NCBI RefSeq assembly: GCF_004010195.1 | Contig: NC_057720.1 | Coordinates: 1,252,706 to 1,315,555, forward strand | Length of the DNA: 62,850 nucleotides | Source of the DNA: Chiloscyllium plagiosum | Lineage: Eukaryota | Reading direction: 5' to 3' | In this document: positions 1 through 12,123 of the stretch, piece by piece | Numbering within the stretch: the stretch's first letter is position 1 | Layout of the letters: every line of letters starts with the position of its first letter | Notes under the pieces: model-generated | Seen by the model: the letters and a program-made list of their open reading frames with translations, nothing else | What the model was told of the DNA's origin: nothing | The model's database searches: none | Position numbers and translations under genes: made by a program

Positions 1-70
1 GCCAAGGTATTTTCCCTAGGGAAGGGGAGTCCAGAACTAGAGGACATAGGTTTAGGGTGAGAGGAGAAAG

Positions 71-348
71 ATTAGATTCCCTACAGTGTGGAAACTGGTC
101 ATTCATCCCAATGAGTCCACACCGACCCTCTGAAGAGTAACCCCACCTAGACCCGTTTTCCTCTGACTAATGCACTTAGCACTATGGGCAATTTAGCATG
201 ACCAATCCACCTAACCTGCACATCTTTGGATTGTGGGAGGAAACCGGAGCACCCAGAGGAAACCCACACAGACAGTCACCCAAGGCTGGAATTGAACCTG
301 GGACCCTGGTGCTGTGAGGCACCAGTGCTAACCACTGAGTCACCATGT
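71..348 (-). mobile_element. tRNA-derived V-SINE (HE1-like) inserted in a CR1 3' fragment (1-600)
   Basis: Same family as the copies below. GAAAGAT is duplicated on both sides. Confidence 0.8.
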
Positions 349-881
349 GAAAGATATAAAAGCCATCTGAGGGGCAATTTTCTCACACAGCGGATGGTGT
401 ATGTGTATGGAATGAGCTGATGAGGAAGTGGTGGAGGCTGGTACAATTACAACATTTCAAAACTATTTGGACAGGTACATGAATATGAAAGGTTTAGAGG
501 GCTATGAGTCAAACCCAGGCAAATGGGACTAGTTGAGTTTAGGAAATCTGGTCAGCATGGACAGATTGGGCTGAAGGGTCTCTTTCCTTGCTTATGACTC
601 TGAGCAGCTCAAGTCTAGTTACTTGAAATGAATAGTAATCCTTGTTAAATATATGGCCCAGGCTTTCTATGCTTTCTGGGACTGAAAATAGGGTAAATTT
701 GGAAATTCTGCTTACTTTATAACATCTTTAACTTTACTGATTATTCTGGATACAGTTGGATTTGAGTTCCAGCTCTGTACCCCAGTGAGGTATGACCCAG
801 TATAACCAGGTCAAACTTCCTTCAATTTTCTGACTTCATCTGGTAGAGGCTGCACACTGAACTGGTCAGTTCACTTGTTAC

Positions 882-980
882 CTGCTCATGACCATAATAA
901 GTGGCGATATGTAAAGGTGTGAAGAAGACAGCATCCTGGACATTGACAAAGGCTCCATGTTGTAATAGGATGTCAACTGT
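882..980 (-). CDS. TNNI3K: TNNI3K exon 6 (99 nt), [33 protein letters not shown]; gene continues left of the window
   Basis: Acceptor ttttccacag|ACA GTT; donor GAG CAG|gtaaca. Ankyrin repeat visible inside ORF 822..1058(-). Confidence 0.95.
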
Positions 981-1235
981 CTGTGGAAAACAACCAGAGA
1001 GCGTTAGAAGGGGAGACCAGCAAAGAAACACAACTGTGCAATTAAACAGTGTGAGCAAATCTAGAATGCGTTATTATTTTTTGAATCATTCGTGGGATCT
1101 GTGAGTAAAGGCAGCAGTAAGCTGTCAGAGAAGGGAATCTGTCTTCATGACCTGGGCTGGTCTACATGTGACACCAGACCCACAGCAATGTGGTGGCTTT
1201 AAACTGCCCTCTGAACTGATACATTCTAACATATA

Positions 1236-1445
1236 GAGGTAAAAACAATGACTGCAGATGCTGGAAACCAGATTCTGGATTAGTGGTGCTGGAAGAGCAC
1301 AGCAATTCAGGCAGCATCCAACGAGCAGTGAAATCGACGTTTCGGGCAAAAGCCCTTCAGCAGGAATGCCCGAAACGTCAATTTCGAAGCTCCTTGGATG
1401 CTGCTTGAACTGCTGTGCTCTTCCAGCACCACTGATCCAGAATCT
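1236..1445. mobile_element. Fold-back (inverted) PLE terminus, family A
   Basis: About 1270-1345 is the reverse complement of about 1368-1445. The hammerhead at 1334-1367(-) has a mutated core (CUGCUGA). Direct repeat TCTAACATAT at 1225-1234 and 1443-1452. Confidence 0.85.
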
Positions 1446-2199
1446 AACATATGATATAGGGGCAGGAGGAGACCATTCGGCCCTCAAATCTGCTTCACTG
1501 TTCATGAGAAACTTTACTGACAGGCTGGTTGACTACAGTGTCCAATAAGAGTTGACCTGATTGTGGTTCCAATGCTACAGTCTGACTACTCCTGATAACC
1601 TCAATGGTCAAACACATTATACAGGTTGGAGCAATCAAACACAGGCAGCAAATGTCAGCCTGAGCAACAAAGTCTACATCCCACAGAAGAATTGAAAAAA
1701 ATACTTTTCTGTGATTCTGCAAAAAAAGAGACAGCTGAATGTTCTGACAGACCATTTCAGAGTGCAGTTAAATCTCGACTGTATCTGCTATGGGTCTGGA
1801 GTCTCATGTAAGACAGACCTGTTATAGTTGGCAAATTTCCTTCCCTGAAGGGTATTCACAAACATCACAACCACCGGTCACTGCTGTTAACGATGATGTT
1901 TCTTTACATCACCAGGAGAGCAAGATTACTGGCTGGGAAATAAAAACAAAAAGTGCTGGAGAAACTCAGGCAGCATCTGTGCAAACAGAAAGACAGTTAA
2001 TGTTGCACATCCAGTCACCCTTTGTCAGACTATAGTCTAGGAACTTGGCTGTTTACTCAAACACAAACAAACTGCGAACTAAAACATATAACTGCTCGCA
2101 TTTACACAGCTTCATTAATGAACTAAAATTTTCTAATTCCTTTCAAGAATTTTGGATGAAGCAAAATTGAATACTCTGCTACATCATCTTTAGAAAGCA

Positions 2200-4350
2200 C
2201 TTGCTAAGATCCCACACATTAGGCTGCTCAGTGAGATGAGCTCATGGTGTTGCAGGTAGCGTATTAGCATGGACCGAAAATTGGATATCTATTAGAAGAT
2301 AGAGAGTTGGAATAAAGGACGGGCATATTCAAGATAGCAACCTGTAGGTAATGGAGTGCCACAGGGATCAGTGCTGGGGCCACAATGATTTCGAATGCAT
2401 ATTCCTAACTTGGAGAGGAAAGTGAATGGATTACAGCCAGGATTGTGGATAACACAACAACAGGGGGAAGGCAAGTAGTGAGGATGACACAAAGAGTCTG
2501 CGCAGGGATTAGAGAGGTTAAGCAAGTGGGTAAAAACCTGGCAGATAGAACACAGTGTGGGGAAATGTGAGGCTATGCACTTTGGCAGGATGAATAGGGA
2601 TTTGAATATTATTTAAAAGGAGAAGGATTATGGAAAGCTACAGAACAGAGAGATTTGGGAGTCCTTGCTCATAAATTACAGAAAGCTAGTGTCCAAGGTC
2701 AGTGGATAAGAGAAAACACAAATGGAATGTTGGTCTTTAGTTCAAAATGTAGGGAGGCTTTGTTAAACTATGCAAGGCACAAGTCAGACCACAGCTGGAC
2801 TACTGTAGCAGTTTTGAGCCCCTTTTCCAAGGCTAAATATACTGACATTGGAGGCAGTCCAGAGGAAGTGATGATAACAAGTGTGGAGGGACTGTCTTAC
2901 GAGGAGAGGTTAAGTAGGGTTGCACTCATTGGAGTTTAGAAGAATGAGAGGTGACCTGACTGAAATCTGCAGGATTCTTAGTGGGCTCGACAGGGTCAAT
3001 GTGGGCTCGACAGAGTCGAAGTGGGCTCGACAGGGTCAATGTGGGCTTGACAGGGTCAATGTGGGATTGACAGGATCGATGTGGGCTCGACAGGGTCAAT
3101 GTGGGCTCGACAGGATCGATGTGGGCTCGACAGGGTCAATGTGGACTCGACAGAGTCGATGTGGGCTCGACAGGGTCAATGTGGGCTTGACAGGGTCAAT
3201 GTGGGATTGACAGGATCGATGTGGGCTCGACAGGGTCGATGTGGGCTCGACAGGGTCGATGTGGGCTTGACAGGGTTAATGTGGGCTCGACTGGGTCGAT
3301 GTGGGCTCGACAGGGTCAATGTGGGCTCAACAGGGTCGATGTGGGCTCGACAGGGTCAATGTGGGCTCGACAGGGTCGATGTGGGCTCGGCAGGGTCAAT
3401 GTGGGCTTGACAGGGTCGATGTGGGCTTGACAGGGTCAATGTGGGCTCGACAGGGTCAATGTGGGCTCGACAGGATCGATGTGGGCTCGACAGGGTCAAT
3501 GTGGGCTCTATAGGGTCGATGTGGGCTCGACAGGGTCAATGTGGGCTCGACAAGGTCAATGTGGGCTCGACAGTGTTGATGCAGGCTCAACAGGGTCGAT
3601 GTGGGCTCGACAGGGTCAATGTGGGCTTGACAGGGTCGATGTGGGCTCAACAGGGTCGATGTGGGCTCGACAGAGTCAATGTGGGCTTGACAGGGTCGAT
3701 GTGGGCTCAACAGGGTCGATGTGGGCTCGACAGGGTCAATGTGGGCTCGACAGGGTCAATGTGGGCTCAACAGGGTCGATGTGGGCTCGACAGGGTCAAT
3801 GTGGGCTTGACAGGGTCGATGTGGGCTCGACAGGGTCAATCTGGGCTCGACAGAGTCGATGTGGGCTCGACAGGGTCAATGTGGGCTTGACAGGGTCAAT
3901 TTGGGCTTGACAGGATCGATGTGGGCTCAACAGGTTCAATGTGGGCTCGACAGAGTCGATGTGGGCTCGACAGGGTCAATGTGGGCTCGACAGGGTCGAT
4001 GTGGGCTCGGCAGGGTCAATGTGGGCTTGACAGGGTCAATGTGGAAAGGTTTGTTTTCTCTGTGGGAGGGTCCAGGACCAGAGGACATCTTCTCAGAATA
4101 AGGGTCACACATTTAAGTCGGAGATGAGGAAGAATGTTTTCTCTCCAAGAGGAGTGAAATTTGGAATTCTTTACAACAGAGGGACTGTCAAGGCTGTCTC
4201 ATTAAATATATTTAAGACTGAGGCAGGCAGGTTTTTAGTCAGTAATGGAATACTAAGGCTTATGGGGAGATTGGAGGAAGGTGGAGTTGAGGATCATGGC
4301 AGAGGAGATTCTATGGGCTGAATGCCTAATTCTGCTCCTACATGTTATAG
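2200..4350 (+). mobile_element. Degenerate CR1-type LINE ORF2 3' part, split by the 20-bp minisatellite
   Basis: GVPQGSVLGP, LSYEERL, RRMRGDL..GLDRVNV, then ERFVFSVGGSRTRGH after the array. Confidence 0.85.
2981..4044 (+). repeat. 20-bp minisatellite (GTGGGCTCGACAGGGTCAAT) x about 53
   Basis: Directly visible constant 20-bp period, embedded in a CR1-type LINE in TNNI3K intron 5. Confidence 0.97.
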
Positions 4351-4770
4351 TCGCATAAAGAAATGTCAGGAATGGATGAGCAAAAGCTTATTTGAAGAGT
4401 GAGGTTTTGAGGAACATTCAAAACATAGGAAGAAATATTTATTGTCTCGGCTCAATCACTGATCATGATCAAGACAGAGATCAATAGGTCTCTGGATATT
4501 AAAGCTATCAAGACACCTGGGGTTATCACAGGAAAATAGCCTTGGTAGGTGATTATAACCATCAGGTAGAATGGTAGCACCAGCTCAAGGGCTAAATGGC
4601 CTATTCCTGCTCCTGTATTAATGGACATGAGAGAGAGAGAGTCAGAAAGTTTTAGTGAAGCCTAGCAGAGCTTCGTGCCCAGGCAAGTGAGGACATGCCA
4701 CTAGTTTTATTACGTGAAGGGTGCTGTTTAAATCCGAGATGTTATTGATGATTTAGAAGTGTGACCTTAC

Positions 4771-4881
4771 CTCATTGTTGGCTGCAATGGTTGCAATGTG
4801 AAGAGCAGTGAGTGCTCCATAGCCCACCTGCTGAATGTCTGCCCCTCCGTGCAGCAGTGCAGTGACCAGCTCAGTATTGTC
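4771..4881 (-). CDS. TNNI3K: TNNI3K exon 5 (111 nt), [37 protein letters not shown]
   Basis: Acceptor gctcttcag|GAC AAT; donor AAT GAG|gtaagg. Ankyrin repeat. Confidence 0.95.
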
Positions 4882-5245
4882 CTGAAGAGCAGGAAACATT
4901 GTGTTCATCTTCATCACACTCACAACAAGCTGCAGCTCTGTACGCTGGCCTTACGGATTACTGTAGGTATCGTTCATGTGTAGGTAATCCCACCTCCTCT
5001 ACGTTTCTTCTTTTTTTCTTTTTGTATCCTTTACTTACAGGTGGAGAGCCCTTAACACAGATCCAGCTCCCTCAAAGCCAGCTCTTAGAGTGAACAGAAC
5101 ATCTGACATTCCCACCTCCTCTACATCAGTACCAGCATTAACATTCATTATCCAAATTAAATGCTAAACTGATTGAGCTGATTACAATGAATAATGCATT
5201 TGGTTGGGTCAATTGAGTGACATTGGTGGAATAATCAACACAGGT

Positions 5246-5279
5246 ATTCCTGATGAAGGGCTTTTGCCTGAAACGTCGA
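5246..5279 (+). ncRNA. Minimal hammerhead motif, family A, in a solo PLE terminus of about 95 bp
   Basis: ATTC CTGATGA A GGGC TTTT GCCT GAAA CGTC GA. Flanked by the 13-bp direct repeat GGAATAATCAACA (5228-5240, 5339-5351). Confidence 0.75.
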
Positions 5280-5722
5280 TTTTCCTGCTCCTCGGATGCT
5301 GCCTGAACCGCTATGCTTTTCCAGCCCCACTCTATTCCGGAATAATCAACATACACAAGGGATAAAGATTCCAAATCCAAGCCAGGCCATTCAAGAGGAC
5401 AAAAGGCAGCTTTCCCCTCATACACAGGCTTTGGAAAGCTGTAACTCTCTCTCCGTCAAAAGCGACACTGACCAGAAGGTTAATTACAAATATCAAAATG
5501 GAGATGGAAAGTACTATGGTCCAGACCAGACCCTCTCAAAATATTTTCAGTAGAAAGCCCAGACCTTAACTTTTCCTTAGCTTGAAGGTCGATGTGAATT
5601 GGATGTTCCAGGTGTGATGTGACTGGTCAAACTACTTCACATTAAGCAAAAGATGATTTATATAAACACTTCAGTTGAAATACAAACAAAAAAAAGAGAA
5701 TATTGGAAAAATTAATCGAACA

Positions 5723-6262
5723 ATATTGGGTTCAGTTTTGGTCACCTTGTTATAGGAAGGATGTTATTAAACTGGAAAGAGTGCAGCAGGAATTTACAAC
5801 GCGCTGCCTGGACTCAATGGTCTGAGCTATAGGGAGAGGTTGGACAAGCCAGGACTTTTTTCTTTAGAGTGTAGGAGGCTGAGGAGAGGGTACCTTACAG
5901 AGGTGTATAAGATGATGAGAGGCATGGATAGGGTGGATGCACTCAGTCTTTTTCCCAGGGTTAGGGAATCGAGGACTAGAGGGGGTCAGTTTAAGGTTAG
6001 AGGGGAAAGAATAAAAGGGAACCTGAGGGGCAACTTTTTTACACAGAGGATGAGATGCATATGGAATGAGCTGCCAGCGGAAGTGGTTGAGGCGGATACA
6101 TTCACAACATTTAAAACGCATTTGAACAAATACATGGATAGGAAAGGATTAGAAGGATATGGGCCAAATGCAGGGACATGGGGTTAGTGTGGATGGACAT
6201 TTTGCTCAGCATGGACCAGTTCGGGCCAAAGGGCCTGTCTCTGTGCTGTAGGATTCTCTAAC
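5723..6262 (+). mobile_element. CR1 LINE 3' fragment
   Basis: ORF 5840..6187 GLFSLECRRLR...NFFTQR..WNELP. Confidence 0.88.
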
Positions 6263-6647
6263 TCTCTTTCACTCTAATAGATGCAACACCTATTACTAAT
6301 TAATGTTCCAATACAGTAATAAGACAACAATAGTAACTTGGCAACAAGACAAGTCCAGGCACAAAGTCCAGGAACATCAAGAGAAAATTCAGAGAAAGAC
6401 GCAGTTAGAAATTATTCATCAAAACTTCCAACTCTTCTGGGGCGGGCAATAAACAAGGAAATAACTAATGTCTGCAAAAATGGTACGGCTATTATCATGG
6501 GGGATTTTAATCTGCATGTAAATTGGTTGAACCAGCTTGGTCAGGGTTGCCTTGAGGAGTGATCGTTGAGTATATCTGTGATAGATTTGTTGAACAGTAT
6601 GTAATGGAACCAATGAAGGAGCAAGCTATCCTAGATCTGGTCCTGTG

Positions 6648-6736
6648 CTTAAAAATGTGTTGCTGGAAAAGCGCAGCAGATCAGGCAGCATCCAAGGAGC
6701 AGGAGAATCGACGTTTCGGGCATAAGCCCTTTTCAA
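6648..6736 (-). mobile_element. 89-bp PLE terminus (family A) inserted in a CR1 endonuclease region
   Basis: 16-bp TSD TAGATCTGGTCCTGTG (6632-6647, 6737-6752). Truncated within the hammerhead core. Confidence 0.85.
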
Positions 6737-7477
6737 TAGATCTGGTCCTGTGTAATGAGACCGGAATAATTAATGACCTCATAGATGGGGATCTTCTTGG
6801 AAGCAGTGATCACAATATGTTTGAATTTAAAATACAGCTGGAGAGTTTGAAGATACAATCCAATACCAGGGTCCTATGCTTGAACAAAGGGACAGTAATA
6901 GAATGAAGGAGGATCTGGCTAAAGTAGACTGGGAACAGAGACTTGAAGTGCTCAGCTAAAGTATATTCCGGTGAGAAGGAAGGACGGTAAGAGGAGGGGT
7001 AATCTGCCACGGGTGTCTAAGGGAATAAGGCAGGCTATCAAAGTGAAAGAGAAGACATACAAAATGGCCCAAAACAGCAGGAATCTGGAAAATTGGGAAA
7101 TATTTAAAGGTCAATAGAAAGCCACAAAAAGAGCTATTAAGAAAAGTAAGATAGAGTATGAGGAAAAAAAACTAACACAGAATATGAAGACAGATAGAAA
7201 ATGTTTCTATAAAATGAAGAGTAAAGTAAATGTTGGTCATTTAGAAGATGAGAAGTTGCATTTAGTAATGGAATAAAATTAAATGACTGAGGCCTTGAAC
7301 AGGTACTTAGCATCAGTCTTCACATTGGAGGATACTAATAACATGCCATTAAGTGATGAAGAGATGAAGTTAGGTGAGGACCTAGAAACAATTATTATTA
7401 CAGAAGAACTAGTGTTGGGTAAGCTAAGGGTAGATAAGTCTCCTGGCCCTGATGGAATGCATCCCAGAGTACTAAAA

Positions 7478-8378
7478 ACACTCCCAACATCCCCAACAGT
7501 ATCCTTCTACTGGTTGAACTGGTCCTCACCTTTAACAATTTCTCCTTCAAATCCTCCCACTTCCTCTAGATGAAAGGGGTAGCCATGGGCACCCGTATGG
7601 ACCCCAGCTATGCCTGTCTCTTTGTTGGCTACGTAGAACAGTCCATGTTCCGTAGTTACACCGGCACCACTCCCCACCCTTTCCTCGCTACATTGATGAC
7701 TACATCGGCGCCATCTCGTGCTCCCGCGGAGAGGTTGAACACTTCATCAACTTCACCAACACATTCCACCCCAACCTTAAATTTACCTGGACCATCTCTG
7801 GCACCACCCTCCCCTTCCAGGACCTCTCCATCTCCATCAATGATGACCAACGTAATACTGACATTTTGTATAAACCCACCGACTCCCACAGCTACCTGGA
7901 TTACACCTCTTCCCACCCTATCTCCTGCAAAAATGTTGCCCCGTATTCTCAATTCCTCCGCCTCCACTCCATTGCTCCCAGGAGGACCAGTTCCATGACA
8001 GAACACACCAGATGGCCTCCTTCTTTAAAGACTGCAATTTCTCCTTCCATGTGGTTGATGATGCCCTCAGGCGCATCTCATCCACATCCCGCACCTCCAC
8101 GCTCAAACTCCACTCCTCCAACTGTAACAAGGACAGAACCCCCTGGTCCTCACCTTCCACCCACCAACCTCCACATAAATCACATCATCTGCCAACATTT
8201 CTGCCACCTCCAAACGGGCCCACCACCAGGGATATATTTCCCTCCCCACCCTTATCCAATTTCCGCAAAGACTGTTCCCTCCGTGACTACCTGGTCAGGT
8301 TCACGCTTCCCAACTACCCACCCTCCCATCCTGGCACCTTCCCCTGCCACCGCAGGAATTGCAAAACCTGCGCCCACA
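7478..8378 (+). mobile_element. Penelope-like element fragment (RT plus Cys-rich linker), nested in CR1
   Basis: Frameshifted peptides GVAMGTRMDPSYACLF, RYIDD, YKPTDSHSYLDYTSSHP and GTFPCHRRNCKTCAH are typical of PLE RT with a Neptune-type Cys linker. Confidence 0.88.
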
Positions 8379-9679
8379 GGAAGCAAAGAGTGGCGATAAC
8401 TGAGTGCTATTCTGGCTGGAAATCAGTGACTAATGGTGTGCCTCAGGGATTGGTGTTGGGACCGCAATTATTTACAATTTATATCGATGATTTGGAGTTG
8501 GGCACCATGTGTAGTGTGTCAAAGTTTGCTGATGACACTAAGATGAGTGGCGGAGCAACGTATGCAGAGGATGTGAAACCTTGCAGAGGAACATAGATGC
8601 ATTGAGTGAGTGGGCAAAGGTCTGGCAGATGGAATACAACGTTAGTAAATGTGAAGTCATCCATTTTGGTCGGAGTTACAGTAAAAAGGATTATTACTTG
8701 AATGGTAAAAAGTTGCAGCATGCTGCTATGCAGAGGGATCTGGGTGTCCTTGTGCATGAATCATAGAAGGTTGGTCTGAAGGTACAACAGGTCATTAGGA
8801 AGGCAAATGGAATTTTGTCCTTCATTGCTAAAGGAATTGAGTTTAAAAGCAAAGAGGTAATGCTATAGCTGTACAAGGTGCTGGTGAGGCCACACTGGAG
8901 TACTGTGTGCAGATTTGATCTCCTTCCTTGAGCAAGGATGAACTGGCACTGGAGGGGGTGCAGAGGAGGTTCACTGGGTTGATTCTGGAGTTGAGGGGGT
9001 TGGTTTATGAGGAGAGACTGAGTAGACTGGGATTATATTAATTGGAATTCAGAAGAATGAGGGGGAATCTTATCAAAGCATATAAAATTATGAAGGGATT
9101 CGATAAAATAGATATGGGATGTTTCCACTGCTGGGTGAGACTAGGATAAGAGGGCACAGCCTCAAGATTAGAGGAAGCAGGCTTAGAACTGAACTGAGAA
9201 GGAACATCTTCACCCAGAGGGTTGTCAATCTATGGAATTCCTTGGCCGGGGAAGTAGTTGATGCTATTTCAGTGATCACTTTTAAAGCTGAGGTAGGGTT
9301 ACAGTGAGTGGGCGGGTGAGTGGAGTTGACGCCATGATCTTATTGAATGGCGGAGCAGGCTCAAAGGGCTGGAGGTCCCTTCTCCTAGTTCTCCTGCTCC
9401 TAGTTCTGATGTTCTTATGAGGACCCTAAACAGCTTCTGCTGCTAGAGCTACAAAAAACTAGAAAGCATGGTTGAGAGAGCTGACCACACCCATTCAGGT
9501 TGTTAAAAAATCCCAGGCCTCATGAGTTCTGGTAAACTGTGCAGCACCTCTGCCTCTGCCTTTACAACCTCTCCTCAAAGAAAAGGACAAAATCACCTTT
9601 AAAAGTGACAACGTTGTCACAAAAGTTCATTATTTGTTTGGGGAATAAAGGTTACCAAATCAATTGAGATGATTTATGG

Positions 9680-10810
9680 AGATTAGTGATTCGGGATAGT
9701 CAACATGGTTTTGTGCGTGGGAAATCATATCTCACAAACTTGATTGAGTTTCACAAACTTGATTGAGTTTTTTGAGGAAGTAACAAAGAAGGTTGATGAG
9801 CGGAGAGTGGTAGATGTGATCTATATGGACTTCAGTAAGGCGTTCGACAAGGTTCCCCATGGGAGACTGATTAGCAAGGTTAGATCTCATGNNNNNNNNN
9901 NNNNNNNNNNNNNNNNNNNNNNNNNNNNNNNNNNNNNNNNNNNNNNNNNNNNNNNNNNNNNNNNNNNNNNNNNNNNNNNNNNNNNNNNNNNNNNNNNNNN
10001 NNNNNNNNNNNNNNNNNNNNNNNNNNNNNNNNNNNNNNNNNNNNNNNNNNNNNNNNNNNNNNNNNNNNNNNNNNNNNNNNNNNNNNNNNNNNNNNNNNNN
10101 NNNNNNNNNNNNNNNNNNNNNNNNNNNNNNNNNNNNNNNNNNNNNNNNNNNNNNNNNNNNNNNNNNNNNNNNNNNNNNNNNNNNNNNNNNNNNNNNNNNN
10201 NNNNNNNNNNNNNNNNNNNNNNNNNNNNNNNNNNNNNNNNNNNNNNNNNNNNNNNNNNNNNNNNNNNNNNNNNNNNNNNNNNNNNNNNNNNNNNNNNNNN
10301 NNNNNNNNNNNNNNNNNNNNNNNNNNNNNNNNNNNNNNNNNNNNNNNNNNNNNNNNNNNNNNNNNNNNNNNNNNNNNNNNNNNNNNNNNNNNNNNNNNNN
10401 NNNNNNNNNNNNNNNNNNNNNNNNNNNNNNNNNNNNNNNNNNNNNNNNNNNNNNNNNNNNNNNNNNNNNNNNNNNNGGTAAATAGGCAAAGCCTTTTCCC
10501 TGGGGTCAGGGAGTCCAGAACTAGAGGGCATAGGTTTAGGGTGAGAGGGGAAAGACATAAGAGACCTAAGGGGCAACTTTTTCATGCAGAGGGTGGTACG
10601 TATATAGAATGAGCTGCTGGAGGAAGTAGTGGAGGCTGGTACAATTGCAACATTTAAGAGGCATTTGGATGGGTACTGAAATAGGAAGGGTTTGGAGGGA
10701 TATGGACCGGGTGCTGGAAGGTGGGACTAGATTGTGTTGGGATATCTGGTCAGCATGGACAGGTTGGACTGAAGGGTCTGTATCCATGCTGTACATGTCT
10801 ATGACTCTTT
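9680..10810 (+). mobile_element. Young CR1 LINE fragment spanning an assembly gap
   Basis: LTNLIEFFEEVT..YMDFSKAFDKVPH before the gap; CR1 3' end after it. Confidence 0.88.
9892..10476. other. Assembly gap (585 N)
   Basis: Run of N. Confidence 1.
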
Positions 10811-10980
10811 GAGATAAGGTACACATCAGCCATGATGGAATTAAATAGTAAAACTGGTTGGAGGGGCTGAATGGCCAATGTTGCACATTTTCCACATCAG
10901 AAATAACCCAATGTAAGTCTCTCTGGAGGGGTTGTAGCTGAGGGATCTCCCTCTTTTCAGGGGAAGGAGCCTTCACTCAC

Positions 10981-11078
10981 CTTGAAAGCAGCCAGATGTA
11001 GCGCCGTGAATCCATTCCTTGTCAATCTCGATGGACGAAGGCCTTTGAGCATCAGGGTCCTGACGTGGGCCTTGGTAC
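10981..11078 (-). CDS. TNNI3K: TNNI3K exon 4 (98 nt), [32 protein letters not shown]
   Basis: Acceptor gtgaaag|GT ACC AAG; donor TTC AAG|gtgagt. Ankyrin GxTALHLA motif. Confidence 0.95.
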
Positions 11079-12123
11079 CTTTCACAGAGTAATCGTTTCT
11101 ATTGAAATCCTGGGGACAGTATTTCTGTTCCTGGTCTAATAACCCACTGTTATCAGTTTAAAGACTGCAAGAGCATTGCCAATTCAGTTAATATGATTAA
11201 TTTGGAATTCAAAGATAATCCCAGAATAAAACCAATGGTTCATTCTGTCCTTTCAGGACAAATGTTATCGTTATTTGGTCCAGTTCCTTATTGCTTGGTT
11301 TTCTGACTTCAAACCTTTCCAAACAGTAATCTCATTTATTCTTTACTTCTCTGAAGCAATTTGACAAATTACCACAAAAAATAAACAAGTGACCACATGG
11401 ACTGCAGCAGTCCAGGAGGGCAGCACACCATCACCTTCCCATCGACACCAACAACAGGCAATCAATGCCAGCCTTGCAATTGATTCCTGCATCCAGAGAA
11501 TGAATGGATGATACACTCCCAACATGAGCTCAGGTCATTCATGTGGGAAGGGGAAGACTTAATGAAAACACCAATGAAGTCAACATCACAGGCTGTAGGT
11601 CCACCACTGAGGTCCAGGTCTGGACATTGACAAGAAATGGGAAATATGGTTTCACCCAGAGAGTGGGGAGGAATTCTCTACTACAGAACGCAGCTGAGGC
11701 CTGAAACATTAAGTATTTCAAGGAAGAATTAGATGTAGTTCTTTGGGGTAAAGGGATTTTAAAGGGTATGAGGAAAAAGGGGGAATAAAGGTCTGAGTTG
11801 GATGATCAAACATGATCACATTGATGATATGACAGAAATGATTGACCTCCACTTGTACTGTTTTCGGTTGTTCTATTAAAAGGAACCTTCACTGGGAGTT
11901 TCCAACTTTGGTTCTAGCCCTCAGGCACAATTGGTCTTCAGCAATCATAAAGCAAATCCCTGGGAAGGCCCCAACTGGAATGCCTTTTCCTTATTGTTTC
12001 AGGGGCACTGGGTGACCCTGGTAAGACTGACATTTATTGCCTGACCCTATCTGGTGTTGAACTAAGCGAGCTGCTTGGGGAGTTGGTGAAATGGTACTAT
12101 CATTAAACTAACAATCAAGTGAG

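Larger units (their letters stand above)
6431..9420 (+). mobile_element. Decayed CR1 LINE ORF2 (APE endonuclease plus RT) with nested PLEs
   Basis: IIMGDFN, ILDLVL, GSSDHN, KSPGPDGMHPRVLK, GVPQG, KFADDTK. Confidence 0.9.

Noticed and set aside
2920..4127. Multiple repetitive ORFs (GSTGSMWARQGQCGLDRVNV)n, or a CRISPR-like array
   Set aside because: Product of a stop-poor 20-bp tandem unit. There are no unique spacers, and the context is a vertebrate intron.
9744..10585. Long ORFs across N runs (also 40734-41875)
   Set aside because: Artefacts of translating assembly gaps.
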